A DNA stretch of 63,799 bases, the filler included, from Octopus bimaculoides (Eukaryota): assembly GCF_001194135.2 (NCBI RefSeq). It is 6 parts of 5 records of this genome, joined end to end, with 100 filler letters (N's around TTAATTAATTAA, not from the genome) between each part and the next. Parts side by side here need not be neighbours in the genome. Positions count along the whole stretch, not along the records: positions 1 to 18,306 come from NC_068981.1; positions 18,407 to 30,296 come from NC_068981.1; 4 more parts are not named here. One strand, 5' to 3'. The position numbers and the translations under genes were made by a program. The notes below the pieces were generated by a model. That model searched no databases. It saw only the letters and a list, made by a program, of their open reading frames with translations, and was not told the origin of the DNA. Shown piece by piece: positions 11,293 to 24,206 of the stretch (the stretch's first letter is position 1; the number at the start of each line of letters is the position of its first letter).

Positions 11293-12164
11293 ACTTCGAT
11301 AAATATTGGTTTTTATTATATTTGTATGAAGTTTACGAGTTTATAGTGGCAGGAGTATAATATGCTTCACTAAAATACAGATCAATGCCCATCAAAATCC
11401 ATGTGTGTGCCACTAAAATATTGATGAATAAGAAAAAGATAAAGGTAGTGGATTTTGAACTTTGAACGTAAAGCAACGAAATAAATACTGGAATGTATCG
11501 GACACTCTACCTCTGAAGATAATAATTGGAAAAAAAAAATTATTTTCGATATTTTCTTTATAAATTCCCTCTATAACTTTACAGTCCTTAACTTTGATGA
11601 AAAGAAGTTGTATATTGAAGAGCGATCTAAACCTAGAGAAAAACGAAAGTTAAATATTCGCCAAACAAACATCATCGATCTCGAACTCTCAAGTACTTTA
11701 GATTAGCATACTATTCAGAGTTCTACCACTTCTGTGCCAACAGAGAATATTCAATCTTCGGACACATTTGAAACAGCTAAGCTGGTGTCCAAAAATATTC
11801 TCCTAGGCGTGGCCCTTCAGGTACTTCATATAAAGCCTTTAACACAAACCTGTAATCTTTCTCACCTTTCAAATTTCCACATCATTTCTCTTTTACTCTT
11901 TTTTCTTTTTTTAAATCTATCTCTATCTGTAAGTACCTACGTTCCTTGTGACCGCGCAAATTTTCAACCATAGATAAGATAACCATCTTGAGAGGGACGT
12001 TATTTTGTTTCTGCAGTGGACGTGAAGGCAACCTGTATCGCAACTTGTACCGATCGGAAAAGGCTTTGAATCTGATAAGACAACCTACTCTAGTGATTGA
12101 GCCACGATAAAACACTATGACATTTTTTTTATTGTTTGGGAAGTGTTAGGCCTGAGGCTTGTAA

Positions 12165-13225
12165 GCATTCGGGCCGAGTCCCTTGTTTGGGAATAACAGT
12201 AGAGCCTTCGAACATATACGAGACCGCTTAATTAGCTAGCGCACAATGCCAAATCTCTTTCACTTTGTCACTTGAGGTCCAGCGAATACAAAATTTTGAG
12301 AATCCCACTCACGGTAACTTATAAGGATACACAGCAACAAATGAACAAATGAGTCAGGGTTTCCAATTCTTCAGCTTAAAGTAGCACCTTTTCATACAAT
12401 ACTCCACGTCTGTACGTTTCTATGGAAGTTTTACAGATCAAATTCTACTAATAAAACTGTCTGCATTAGTCACCGAAAGAACATCAAAGCCAACTGCCAT
12501 TAACTGATTATTGCTTCATGTATGGTTTTAAATCCCACCTACTTCAATTGCTGACATAGGTGCTTTCGGCTAAACATTCTTATAGCTCCAAGATGCAAGC
12601 ATATATTACTCGATTCACCTCTGATCGTGCAATGAATATAATTTCACATTTGGTTTCATTACTTCAACGGGTTTAACTGTTTGGCATTTAAACCGGCCGT
12701 ATCTGGCCCAAATATTCTACCTATCTTAAGTTTAAACCGACAGATCTAGCCTCTTGCATTTACTCTACAATGTCATTTAAAAAATAATAATCACATCATG
12801 AAAGTCACAAAATTAGAAGATGACACATGATTAATTCAAAATAATTTAAATAATTTAAATAGATAAGCATTACTTTCGACTGAAATTAGTTCCCACTTGA
12901 ATCTCCAATATTATCCGATTTTATCCAATATTATCTGATTTTAGTTCCCACTTGAATCTCCAATATTATCTGATTATAACAAGCAGACCATGTATTCTGT
13001 AATTCTGTGACACACATGCCTCTCATAATCACGTGCTTAAAACCTTTAGTGGAATCCAGTCTGTTGTAAGCATTCGAGTCAGGCACGTAACTTTGGAATA
13101 ACAGTAGAATCCGAGTCATATAAGGGACCGCTTAATTAGCTAGCGCATGTTAGCAAATCTCTTTCAGTTCGTCACCAAAGGTCTAGAAAATACAACATTG
13201 TGAGAAGCCCACTCACAGCTCCTGA
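12165..13225. repeat. Diverged direct repeat pair (about 160 bp at 12165-12320 and 13065-13225)
   Basis: Shared ggaataacagtaga...gaccgcttaattagctagcgca...caaatctctttca...gagaa.cccactcac. Confidence 0.7.
12672..12880. mobile_element. Probable decayed TTAA-flanked MITE
   Basis: ttaa...gcatttaaaccggcc.tatc.ggcccaaatattctacc; recalled as an octopus piggyBac-like MITE; right end not resolved. Confidence 0.3.
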
Positions 13226-13984
13226 GTTCCAAATTAGTAACTTACAAAAAACAAAACAAAACAAAAAAAAATCCACAAGGCTACTGTCCAGCCTTGCACT
13301 CTCTGGGATCTCTTTGCTCTGAAATATTTTACATATGACACACAAGTGCAATTCACTCGACTTGTCTTTCCATTTACTCAAGTCTCTCTACATTATCCTC
13401 TAATTTCATATGCTCTGTCTGCTGCTCCACCAACCGCTCTCACGTCATCTCTTTCTGAAGTCATCATAATTATAGACATTCAATGTAACACAATTTCTTC
13501 TTGTTTATTATTTTGTATTATCTGCGCCAGTTAGTGTCCACACTAACCTATATCCTGACAGATAATCTGACACACCAAAATACCCTTGATCTCTTTCTCA
13601 ACCCCAAACACAGCTTTAACCTAGATACATAGATCTTGCAATGAATTAGATTGGCTAATCACAGCCTAATCGTAGCAACACACAAGATAATTGCTGCACG
13701 CAATAACTACAGACTCGCTCATTTTTCAATATCCTGTTATTTTACTGCGTCTCATTTCCTAAACGCTTCATTAGACATTTTCCCCTGGCCTTCTTCTCCA
13801 GGGCTATAACTTTCTGGTATACACTCCCGTACACATTTTTTTTCTGCAGATGCTGAATAATGTTCAAGATGAACGTTATTAATCTCATAAATTTCATCAG
13901 TTTAGAAGAGCCTACAGAAGTTGTAAGTATTGCCCTCTGCCTAAGGCATACACGCACACGCACATACACACACATACATACACG

Positions 13985-15266
13985 AAATTTTGCAATATTA
14001 TTTTATTCACTTTTTTTTATTACCTGTTTACACTTTTATAGCCTTCAAAGTATTCTCCAATTGAAGTAATGCATCGGTCTAGACGCGTTTTCCGCTGTTT
14101 GAAGCAGTCCTGGAACTTTTGCGAAGTGATGCCTTTTTACACCCCCGTCGTTTTTTTCTTCACCTATTCTACATCTGCAAAACGTTTTCCTTCAAGGATT
14201 TTGTTTCATTCGGGGAAACAAAAAATGTCGCAGGAAGACAAATCGGATGAATTGGGGGGTGGGGTGGGGGTGATAAGCGGGGTCACTTCATTCTAAGTCA
14301 AAAACTGTCTCACACTAAAGGCGGTTTGCGCAGGCGCATTGTCGTGATAAAACCACCACTCTCCACTTTGTCACAAGTCGGGGCATTTTCGTTTCACCTC
14401 GTTTCGTAAATGGTTCAGCACTGCCAAGTAAAATGCCTGGTTAACAGTTTTACCAGGGGGAACAAATTCTNNNNNNNNNNNNNNNNNNNNNNNNNNNNNN
14501 NNNNNNNNNNNNNNNNNNNNNNNNNNNNNNNNNNNNNNNNNNNNNNNNNNNNNNNNNNNNNNNNNNNNNNNNNNNNNNNNNNNNNNNNNNNNNNNNNNNN
14601 NNNNNNNNNNNNNNNNNNNNNNNNNNNNNNNNNNNNNNNNNNNNNNNNNNNNNNNNNNNNNNNNNNNNNNNNNNNNNNNNNNNNNNNNNNNNNNNNNNNN
14701 NNNNNNNNNNNNNNNNNNNNNNNNNNNNNNNNNNNNNNNNCTTCTTAGAGCAAGCGAAGCACAAATTTTGTTGCAACTCTTTTTATTCGCAATTCCTCAC
14801 TCAAAATTCGATGACAGGAGCTCCAGGACACACCAGTAATATCAACAAGTTCGTCAATTGTTCGGCGACGGTCCCCCAAGATCAGTTCATGAATTTTTAT
14901 GAGGTTTTCATTCGTTCGGGAGGTCGACAATCGCCCTGAACGAGGTTGGTCTTCAAGCGACAAGGGACCATACCAAAAACGTCCTTGTAAGCTGTTTGAA
15001 GTATGACAACTGTTTCAGCTGCTGTTTTCCCCAGTAGAACACAGAATTTCAGAATTTCATGTTGTTCTTTCGTCTCAGCCATCGTAAAAATCGACGGTCT
15101 GGGAAGAAGTACTGCAAAACAAAGACGCACCACGTGGCAGTACGGCTCGACTCGATGACGCCGGTCGGCGGACTGATACCTGAGGATCGCATCAAGTGGC
15201 AACCTGAACTACAACGGGCTTGTCCCACTGAGAATTTTCGGGTTACTTTTTGGGTACCCCCTCGTA
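13985..15266 (-). mobile_element. Decayed mariner (Tc1/mariner) transposon
   Basis: 5' TIR tacgaggggtacccaaaaagtaacccg with TA. Peptides MAETKEQHEILKFCVLLGKTAAET, LEDQPRSGR..., HDNAPA, PNSSDLSSCDIF, RLDRCITSIGEYFEG. Deletions, stops and a gap. Confidence 0.9.
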
Positions 15267-16389
15267 TGTATATATATGTATGTATATGTGTGTGAGGGGA
15301 GTGTACTCGTGTGCGTGTGTATGAATGTGTGTGTGTGCATATACTTATGTATAGAATGTATAGAAACCAAAAAACATAAGTCTACAACACTCGCTATCAA
15401 AAAAGTAATAATCATGAATACGAAAACGATAACGATGATGACGATGATGATTGTGGTAGTAGCGGTGAAGGCGGCGGTAGGGGTGACGTGGGCTGTGGTC
15501 GTCAACATCAATGTCTTTATCATCATTGCAGCAATCAGAAGTAAATCAGTTGATAAATGTTCGTATCCTGGAGCTATAAGAATGTCTAGTCGAATGCAAT
15601 GGTTTTAGCAACTGAAGTAGAGGAGATTTTTAAAACCACACTGTGATGCAATAATCAGTTAATGGTAGTTGTCCTTTGATGTTCTTTCGGCGACTAATGC
15701 AGCCAGGTTTATATGTGGAATTTTATCTATAAAACTTCCATAGAAACGTACACACATAGTGTATTGTATGGTAAGGTGTTACTTTAAGCTGAGTAGGTAA
15801 TTCACACTTGTCAGTATCGACGTAATTTGGTCACTAATGTATAAAATCTGTTGTGGCGAATGCCATGGAGGTTAGATGTACTATGCTCCCGTATGATGAC
15901 CCGACCATGTCAAATTCTTGTTGAAGCCATTTTATTTTACTTACGCTGAAGTAGGGCATGAATGTCAAAATTCACATTTATACTCCCATAATTAAGTTAT
16001 TAGTTTTTTTAATATCTAGTTTGAAAAAGGCAGCAGTGTATCATCCCGTTGTTTAAGGAAATCAGATTCAGCAATATCCAAAAGGTTTATGAAATTCTAA
16101 AAAAAAAAAAAAATGATAAAAGAGGATTGATGTGTTACATAAAAGTGCAAACATCATTATTCGTGTTCATCTTTATCTAGTAGGAGTATACTCCGAAAAG
16201 ACTATAGCTGTTGATGAGATACAGAAGGCCACGAGTGAATGTGCGAGAGATAGATTAGCGGGTTTGAAGAAACTATTCAGCGATCCTTAAGTTTATATAC
16301 AAGACTTGTTAATTGCGATTTTGGCGTCTATCATTACAACTGACTGTAGACTGGAAGCATTCCCAGTTATGTAACCGGAGAGTGCTATC

Positions 16390-17000
16390 ACCGCTAACGA
16401 AGGATTCGAACAAGGGGATTACCTTTGATAATTTCAGACTCATAACTTTGGTGATTACAGAATTAAAAGATTTTGGCCAAGTGTTCGCGAGGAGACTGGC
16501 TCTTGTCATTGATGGTAGTGTGTCTTGCACAATGTATTTTTCAAAAGACATTTCCAAGATGACGTCCATCTCATGTGATACATGAGAGTGTTGATAATAA
16601 ATCTGTATTTAGTTTGGTTCTCAGTAAAATTTCGATCGTTGCTATCTAGTGGCTGCTTTAAGTGCAGGCAATTTTGGCCTCATTTTCAGAGATTGGATCA
16701 ATTTTATGCACAGAGCATCTGCTTGCTGGCCAAATGTGTTGATGGAGGAAATATCGCGCGAGCTGGGATGCAGGAGGACTGTGTTTATGAATACGGAGAA
16801 CCCCACCGTCATACCGTCAGACATATCGGAAATTGATGTGGTTAGCCTCTAGTAAAAGAATATGATGTGATGAAGGCAGTACACGTTAACTAGGATAAGT
16901 CGGTGGATTTGCAGCTCATACCTAGAGAACCAAGTAAATCTTACCTGGTTACTTTATGTCACTAGACCCTTCCAGTTAAGATGCTTGGGCTTGAATCCAA
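16390..17000 (+). mobile_element. Tx1/L1-clade LINE reverse transcriptase remnant
   Basis: KDSNKGITFDNFRLITLVITELKDFGQVFARRLALVIDG resembles the DNFRPITLLNTELKILAKVLAKRL motif; FGLIFRDWIN resembles GFG..FR.WI. Confidence 0.6.
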
Positions 17001-17679
17001 TCTTGATGAAACGTACAGCTAGATAGGAACTGGGAAACGATTACGAGTAGCTTGGTTAGTCTCATGTAAAAATATACCGAGACGAAGTCACAACTACTGA
17101 AAAGCCGGACAAAATTAGTAAACATTTACATCGCATCTGTGATATATTATTGTCTGACTGTTGTACCTTGCATCGCATTTGCTTGGATCAGAAAAGTTGC
17201 CCTTTCATTTTTATAGAAGGGCAGGTTGGATTGGCGAGAAGGTTTCTGTTATGGCTAAAGTTGCTTAAGCTAACACTGAATCTGTGACATCTGCAGAGAT
17301 CTTTTAATCAGCGAACGAATGCAGTTTCCTTTTCTCAGAACATTTTTCCACATTTCGTCCCTTGTTATAGTCTTGAGGTCAAACATAAACCAAGATTGGC
17401 CGTAAGGCTTCTAGAATGTTGTCTGGTGATCATAGTCTTCTATCAGTTTACAAATGCAGCCAGTAGAAAGTGGACTCTTGCACTGTATAAAAGATTAATG
17501 GTGTATTTGTTCAAATGCCTCCAATTGATGAAGTGTTGTTCGATTACCAACTGGGCTGTGAGATCAAAATCTCTGTAGGTGTTTAGTTGCATATCGATCA
17601 AGACGAAACATGGAGTAGTGATCCTAAGTATCATTCTACAGTAATGCTATAGACGTTTTAAATATATTAATTTCAAATT

Positions 17680-18306
17680 GTGATACAAAACCAGCACTTT
17701 TGGGCAAGGGGTTAAATCGATTGCATAGACCCCCAGTGCTCCACTGGTACTTGTTTTATCGACTGTGAAAGGATGAAAGATAAAGTCGACCTAGGCGGAA
17801 TTTGAACTCAAGACAAAGACAGACGAAATGTCGTTAAGCATTTTGCCCGCGAGTTAACGATTCTATCTGCTCGCCATTTTAGACGTTTTAAATATTGATT
17901 TCAAATTTTAACACAAAGCCAGGTATTTCAAGGGAGGGGGCTAGTCTTTTACATCAATGCCAGTGCTCAACTGGTACTTATTTTACCGACTCTCAAGTGA
18001 TGAAAGGTAAAGTCGACCTCTCCAGAATGTGAACTCAGAACGAAGGTATTTCGCCCAGCGAGCTAACGTTTCTTATTTCTTTATAGCCCACAAGGGGATA
18101 AACATAGAGGAGACAAACTAGGACAGACAAAGGGATTAAGTTGATTACATCGACCCCAGTGCGTAACTGGTACTTAATTTATCGATCCCGAAAGGATGAA
18201 AGGCAAAGTCGACCTCAGTAGAATTTGAACTCAGGACGTAACGGCAGACGAAATACCGCTAAGCATTTCGCCCGGCGTGCTAACGTTTCTTATTTCTTTA
18301 TTGCCC
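17680..18306 (-). mobile_element. SINE family A tandem array (three copies plus the tail of a fourth)
   Basis: Repeated gtcga...gaaaggatgaaagg.aaagtcgacct...gaactc blocks with ttct|tatttcttta junctions at 18073 and 18290. Confidence 0.85.
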
Positions 18307-18350
18307 NNNNNNNNNNNNNNNNNNNNNNNNNNNNNNNNNNNNNNNNNNNN

Positions 18351-18362
18351 TTAATTAATTAA
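18351..18362. other. Artificial scaffolding linker TTAATTAATTAA (also 30341, 39862, 56246, 62668)
   Basis: Identical 12-mer with stops in all six frames, centred in N runs five times. Confidence 0.9.
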
Positions 18363-18406
18363 NNNNNNNNNNNNNNNNNNNNNNNNNNNNNNNNNNNNNN
18401 NNNNNN

Positions 18407-18441
<35 letters not shown>

Positions 18442-18867
18442 AACCTATGGGGTACGTACGTGTTTTAAATTAACTTCATGAACTTTATAAAAAATTTCTG
18501 AAGAAGCCTAGAGAATCATCCATGTACCTTTATTTCATCCATTTCATCTATCAATTACTTTAGCCTACTGGAGGTATATAGATAGAATGAGGCATGTCAC
18601 ACTAGATTGAAACAGCTGTAAGTCATTGTCCCATTTTCGGTCACTAGATGTCCTTTTTTAATTACTGATATGACATAATATGTCGCATGTGTTTGTATAT
18701 TGTATATTGTGTTTGTATATTGTATATTGTGTTTGCATATTGTTACATATATATATATTGTCTATTTAATTTAACATTAAAACTGAAGAATTGCTGAATT
18801 CTTTTTCGTAGAATGCGTATATTTAAATTTTACAAGAGCAGTCACAGTGATTTCGACAACAACAACA

Positions 18868-18877
18868 ATAATAATAA

Positions 18878-18943
<66 letters not shown>

Positions 18944-20345
18944 TAGTCTTATTTTTATCACGTGCTTTCACAGTACTATCGAGCGCAGCTCTGTGTGCCT
19001 TGGGCATGTGCTGCGGTTTGTTGTGGTGCTCTTGTTTTCACTGTATTGAAAGTGCGGTGCCTAGTAGTGCTATTTTCTGTATGTTACATATACTTGAAAG
19101 TCATGGTGGTTTTGTTATGTATTTGTCTGAATGTTTCTTTTTTAATCATCCCTAATGCGCCTACTATAATAGGAATTGTTTCTGCTTTTAAGCTCCACAT
19201 TCGAGTTACCTCTATTTCCAAATCTTTGTATTTTGAAAGTTTCTCCATTTCTTTTGGAGAAACGTTGTCATCTGTTGGTATTAATACATCGATCAGAAAG
19301 CATTTTCTTTTCTTGGTGACATCTGACTACTATATCCTGCCTATTAGCCTTGATTTCTCTATCTGTGTATATTGGTATGTCCTAGAGTATGTGACTTTTC
19401 TGTTACTTTTATTGAGGTGTGCCTATACCATCTTTTTTCTGTAGATATTCCATAGTGTTGGCATAGCGAATATATTCCTTTTTAGCCAGGACTGGGCAGC
19501 CAGAGGCAATATGATTTATTGTTTCTTCTCCCTCACCACATATTCTGTTGTTGCTTCTTATATTTCCCTTCATTATGTGTTTTTGGTAATTTCTTATTTC
19601 TTTACAACCCACAAAGGGCTACACACAGAGGGGACAAACAAGGACAGACAAACGGATTACGTCGATTATATCGACCCTAGTGCGTAACTGGTACTTATTT
19701 AATCAACCTCGAAAGGATGAAAGGCAAAGTCGACCTCGGCGGAATTTGAACTCAGAACGTAAAGACAGACGAAATACCGCTAAGCATTTCGCCCGGCGTG
19801 CTAACGTTTCTACCAGCTCACCGCCTTTTGGTAATTTCTGGAAGGAAGACTATGATCTTGTGCTGCAATTAAAAGTCCTTCAATCTCTGCTTTGAGTCCT
19901 CTGTTTCTCAGCCACTGTAGGGATTTTGCTTTGTCTATTTCTTTTCTGTTTAGTTTAACCCAATGTTTTGCCATGAAGGAGCTTTTCTTGCCATGATTTT
20001 ATCATTATCAGTTGCTGTTCCAGTTTTAGTATGTATTTCAGTTGTTTTACAGGTCTTGTTACTTCTTTTTCATTATAGTTGTAAGATACTATGATTTCCT
20101 TTTTGTATTTGTCAGCTTCCTTGAAGACAGCGAACAGTTTTTTTTGTTTTGTTCCGGGACGGTTAGAGTGTTGATACCTATTATCTTGCTTTCCGCATTG
20201 ATATCTCTTTTCAGTACTAATCTAATTCGTCTGTAGTATTCCTTTCTTATCTTCACTTTCATTTGTGAGTGTTGTATCGTATTTAGTTCATTGATTCCTA
20301 ACTATTTGTATGACTGGCTTTGGTCTAATTCTCTTATTTCATTTG
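18868..20345 (-). mobile_element. 5'-truncated R4/Dong-clade LINE (RT C-terminus, CCHC-like region, restriction-like endonuclease), with deletions
   Basis: YK*LGINE...KEYYRRIRLVLK; ICGEGEETINHIASGCPVLAKKEYI; FLIDVLIP..N...KEMEKLSKYKDLEIEV.RMW....IPIIVGALG. (AAT)n tail. Confidence 0.85.
19595..19825 (-). mobile_element. Full-length SINE family A with 14-bp target-site duplication, nested in R4
   Basis: TTTTGGTAATTTCT at 19581-19594 and 19826-19839; the head reads ggcggtgagctggtagaaacgttagc. Confidence 0.9.
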
Positions 20346-20538
20346 CTTTATCCTTATCATTATTATTGTTGGTGTTGTTGTTATTATTACTATTGTTATT
20401 ATTGTTATATGGATAAACATAAATAAATATTACGTATATATGCATATATATATGTAATATATACATATATACTTATATATGTGTATGTGCATGTGAGCGT
20501 GTGCAGACAGACCCATGCACACACTGATGCACACACAA

Positions 20539-20594
<56 letters not shown>

Positions 20595-21075
20595 ATATAT
20601 ATATATGAATATATGTATATATATANNNNNNNNNNNNNNNNNNNNNNNNNNNNNNNNNNNNNNNNNNNNNNNNNNNNNNNNNNNNNNNNNNNNNNNNNNN
20701 NNNNNNNNNNNNNNNNNNNNNNNNNNNNNNNNNNNNNNNNNNNNNNNNNNNNNNNNNNNNNNNNNNNNNNNNNNNNNNNNNNNNNNNNNNNNNNNNNNNN
20801 NNNNNNNNNNNNNNNNNNNNNNNNNNNNNNNNNNNNNNNNNNNNNNNNNNNNNNNNNNNNNNNNNNNNNNNNNNNNNNNNNNNNNNNNNNNNNNNNNNNN
20901 NNNNNNNNNNNNNNNNNNNNNNNNNNNNNNNNNNNNNNNNNNNNNNNNNNNNNNNNNNNNNNNNNNNNNNNNNNNNNNNNNNNNNNNNNNNNNNNNNNNN
21001 NNNNNNNNNNNNNNNNNNNNNNNNNNNNNNNNNNNNNNNNNNNNNNNNNNNNNNNNNNNNNNNNNNNNNNNNNNN

Positions 21076-23227
21076 CTTAAAAGAAATAGAAAAACAGTCA
21101 ACAGATGGAAAACTCATAAACGAACATATAAACAATGAAATGAAGAATCTCACGGAAATCATACCAACAATTATAAAGTCTACCAAAGAAAATCTACCAC
21201 AACCTCCGTGGATATCAGAAATAAACGAAAGAAATCTGGAAAATGAAGCCCACCGAAAAAGAAAAGAAATTTGGTAGACATGGAAGAAATCTCTCAATAT
21301 AAGAAAACAAAACTTCTGGAAAGCATATAAATGCGAAAAATATGCCGAAACACACTCAGAATGGATTTCCTTAACGGCACCCATACTTCCTCGGAAGTAC
21401 CTAATTAAAGAAATTAGAGAACCAGAGGAAGAAACAAAACTCCGATGGGATCTCGCCTTAACAAAATTCAGGACCAACATTTCTATTACCCTGTCTAAAC
21501 AATCCCGTTACAAAACCAAATACGAAGCAATCGACAGTCTTATTGAAGATGAAATATCAAAACTAGCAACTGGCAATGTAAAAGAAAAAATGCGCGAACT
21601 ATGGATCAAAGATATCTCCAAAGAAGAGAACAAATCAAGAAAATCATGGCGGCAGAAACAACTATTCCTGAATAAATATTATACCAACTACGGTGAAGAC
21701 TTTAGAACCCAGAGAAATAACAGTAAAAAAGAACAATCTCACCAACGTAACAAAAGCCAGAGCATGAGGCAACATGAACGCCCATTCCGCCAGGAGTTAA
21801 AGAGGAACTACGGTAAGAACTCTTCCTTTTTGTACGCAAACACCCTAATATACACATTATAAACAAAAAACATGAACAAAATAAATATTCCTCTGATAAG
21901 GCCATTAGATGTAGAAACAACAGATCATTTTCAAAGCCTCAACAAAGACTACCTGCAAAAAACTGGGTAAAAAAACCGACCTAGAACCGGAAACAATACT
22001 AGACCATCCTCTCAGATCATTAAAAGCAATACTAACAAATTGAAAAGGAAGATGTATAATTCCGAAAATAGGACGGAAAACATAACAATGCCAGGTAAAA
22101 TAACACAACCAAAACACAAACTTCAAGTTAACACTAACAAAAATAGAAACCATAAACAGAAAAAAAAAAATTTTAATGTCAGGACGACAAACACCGGAGA
22201 AAGAAACATCTCAAGAGAAAACATGCCCAAAACAACTGGACATATAGATCCTAAGATAATTAATCTTTCCAAAAGAGATCTTGACAACGATGAAACCCAA
22301 CTCCTGTTAAAAGGCCTGAAATTTACACCTACACCAACAGTCAACCACCGTGAACTAAAGGAAGATATCCAGAAATTCTGTCGCAAGTTACAACTTGTGG
22401 AATTCTTCACCACCAATAATAATAATAATAATAATAATGAAACCGAAGATTCCTTAGTGAGGAATAAATCAAATTTCATTCTACCAAAAGGCAGAAATAT
22501 CTACCTTGACCAATATCTTGATACCCTATCAAACTTTCCCCTAAAACAAAATACCAAAGTTAGGCCGAACATTAACAAATCAGAGATATCTGCACTTAAA
22601 CGCATACAAAGCGATGAAACAATAATAATTAAACAAACAGATGAAGGGGATGCAATCGTTATCATTGATGTGGAATACTACGAGGATTTGGTTGAGGACC
22701 AACTGAAAGATACAACCTTCTATTGTGAAATACCCTCGAATACAGACCACCACATCATGAAGAAGATCAACCACCTGGTTTCAAAACGCTACAACTCACT
22801 CACTGACAATGAAAGAGACTACATCACCAACTTCGAACCAAAACCCAGTAACTTTTACGGCTTACCAAAAATACATAAGTCAGAAGATATTCAACAGGCA
22901 GTAAAAGAACAAGGAAGTGAATACATAAAAGTGCTATATCCAAAAGATTTAAAACTTAGACCAATTATAGCTGGCCCAGCATGCCCCACTCACCGTCTAA
23001 GCAATTTCATCGACATTCTTTTGAAGCCATTATGTACCTACATACCCAGCTTCATTCGGGATGACATCGATTTTCTATCCCATCTTCCCAAAACCACTGA
23101 AACAAATTCAATGCTACTAAGTTTTGATGTAGGTAGCCTTTACGCCAATATCCCACATGATTTAGGAATAAAGGCGATCAAATACTGGATAGATAAACAT
23201 AGAGAAGCAATTCCCAACAGAGTCACA
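21076..23227 (+). pseudogene. Penelope-like element, long N-terminal region and first half of RT
   Basis: ORF 22040-23257: IINLS...LLLKGLKFTPTP, IIIKQTDEG.AIVI, FYGLPKIHK, LRPIIAGP, SFDVGSLYANIPH. The upstream frame is interrupted by stops. Confidence 0.85.
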
Positions 23228-23252
23228 GTGACAGCCAGTTGGAATTCTTTTG

Positions 23253-23294
<42 letters not shown>

Positions 23295-23813
23295 AAATAA
23301 TAAATGAGTATATGCATATATACGTATAGGTATGTGTATACCTACGTCTACCTGTATATATAGGTGCATATCTGGGTACAGGACATTGCAAACAAAACGT
23401 AGACAAGAAAATAATAATAACCAGAGTACAGAAAACACACAAGCCACATAGAGAACATTTTCCTTCATCAGCTAACCCCGTTTTAACACCGGCGTTTCGA
23501 AGAGTTGAGCAGGATGCATCGTTAAAACGGCTCTTCCCATGGACCGCAAATTAAATTTGTATACACAAATTAAACTTGTGCCATGGAGGAATGTAATGGC
23601 GGACAAAAATCAAGACAGGAAAACAAACGGAAAAGAAAACAAGACAGGAAAACAAACGGAAAAGACTATACGGCCAGACGTGAAAAATTATGTGTATATG
23701 AACGCTGTGAGGCACGAACTTGAAAGTGGGGATGAAATAAGTTCGCGTGTTTGCTCGGCGATAGCCAAGGAAGAAAAGAATAAGTGACCGGAAGCATGTG
23801 ATCACGCAAGGTA

Positions 23814-23845
<32 letters not shown>

Positions 23846-24206
23846 TGGTAGAGGGAGAAACAAAGGGAGGAAGTAGAAGAATAGGTGAGCAACGAGAGAA
23901 AGAGTGGAATATAGTAGTAACAGAAGGAAGTACGAGGGGGGAAAGAGAGAGATATATAGTAGTAACAGAAGGAAGAACGAGAGGGGTAAAGAGAGATACG
24001 TAGTAGTAACAGAGGAAGAAAGAGAGGGGGGGAAAAGTGATAGAGAAAGAGATAGAGTAATATATATAAATATGTATATACATGCACATCCACGCATACA
24101 CTCACCCTCACACGCACATAAATGTTTGTGTATACACTTGAGAGTATTTTAAAATTTTATTCGTCTCCAACGAAAATCCTCATTGCTTACACTGTTAATT
24201 TTTCTC

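Noticed and set aside
23440-23472. CTGATGA on the minus strand as an HHR
   Set aside because: A possible stem II follows but there is no GAAA or stem III.
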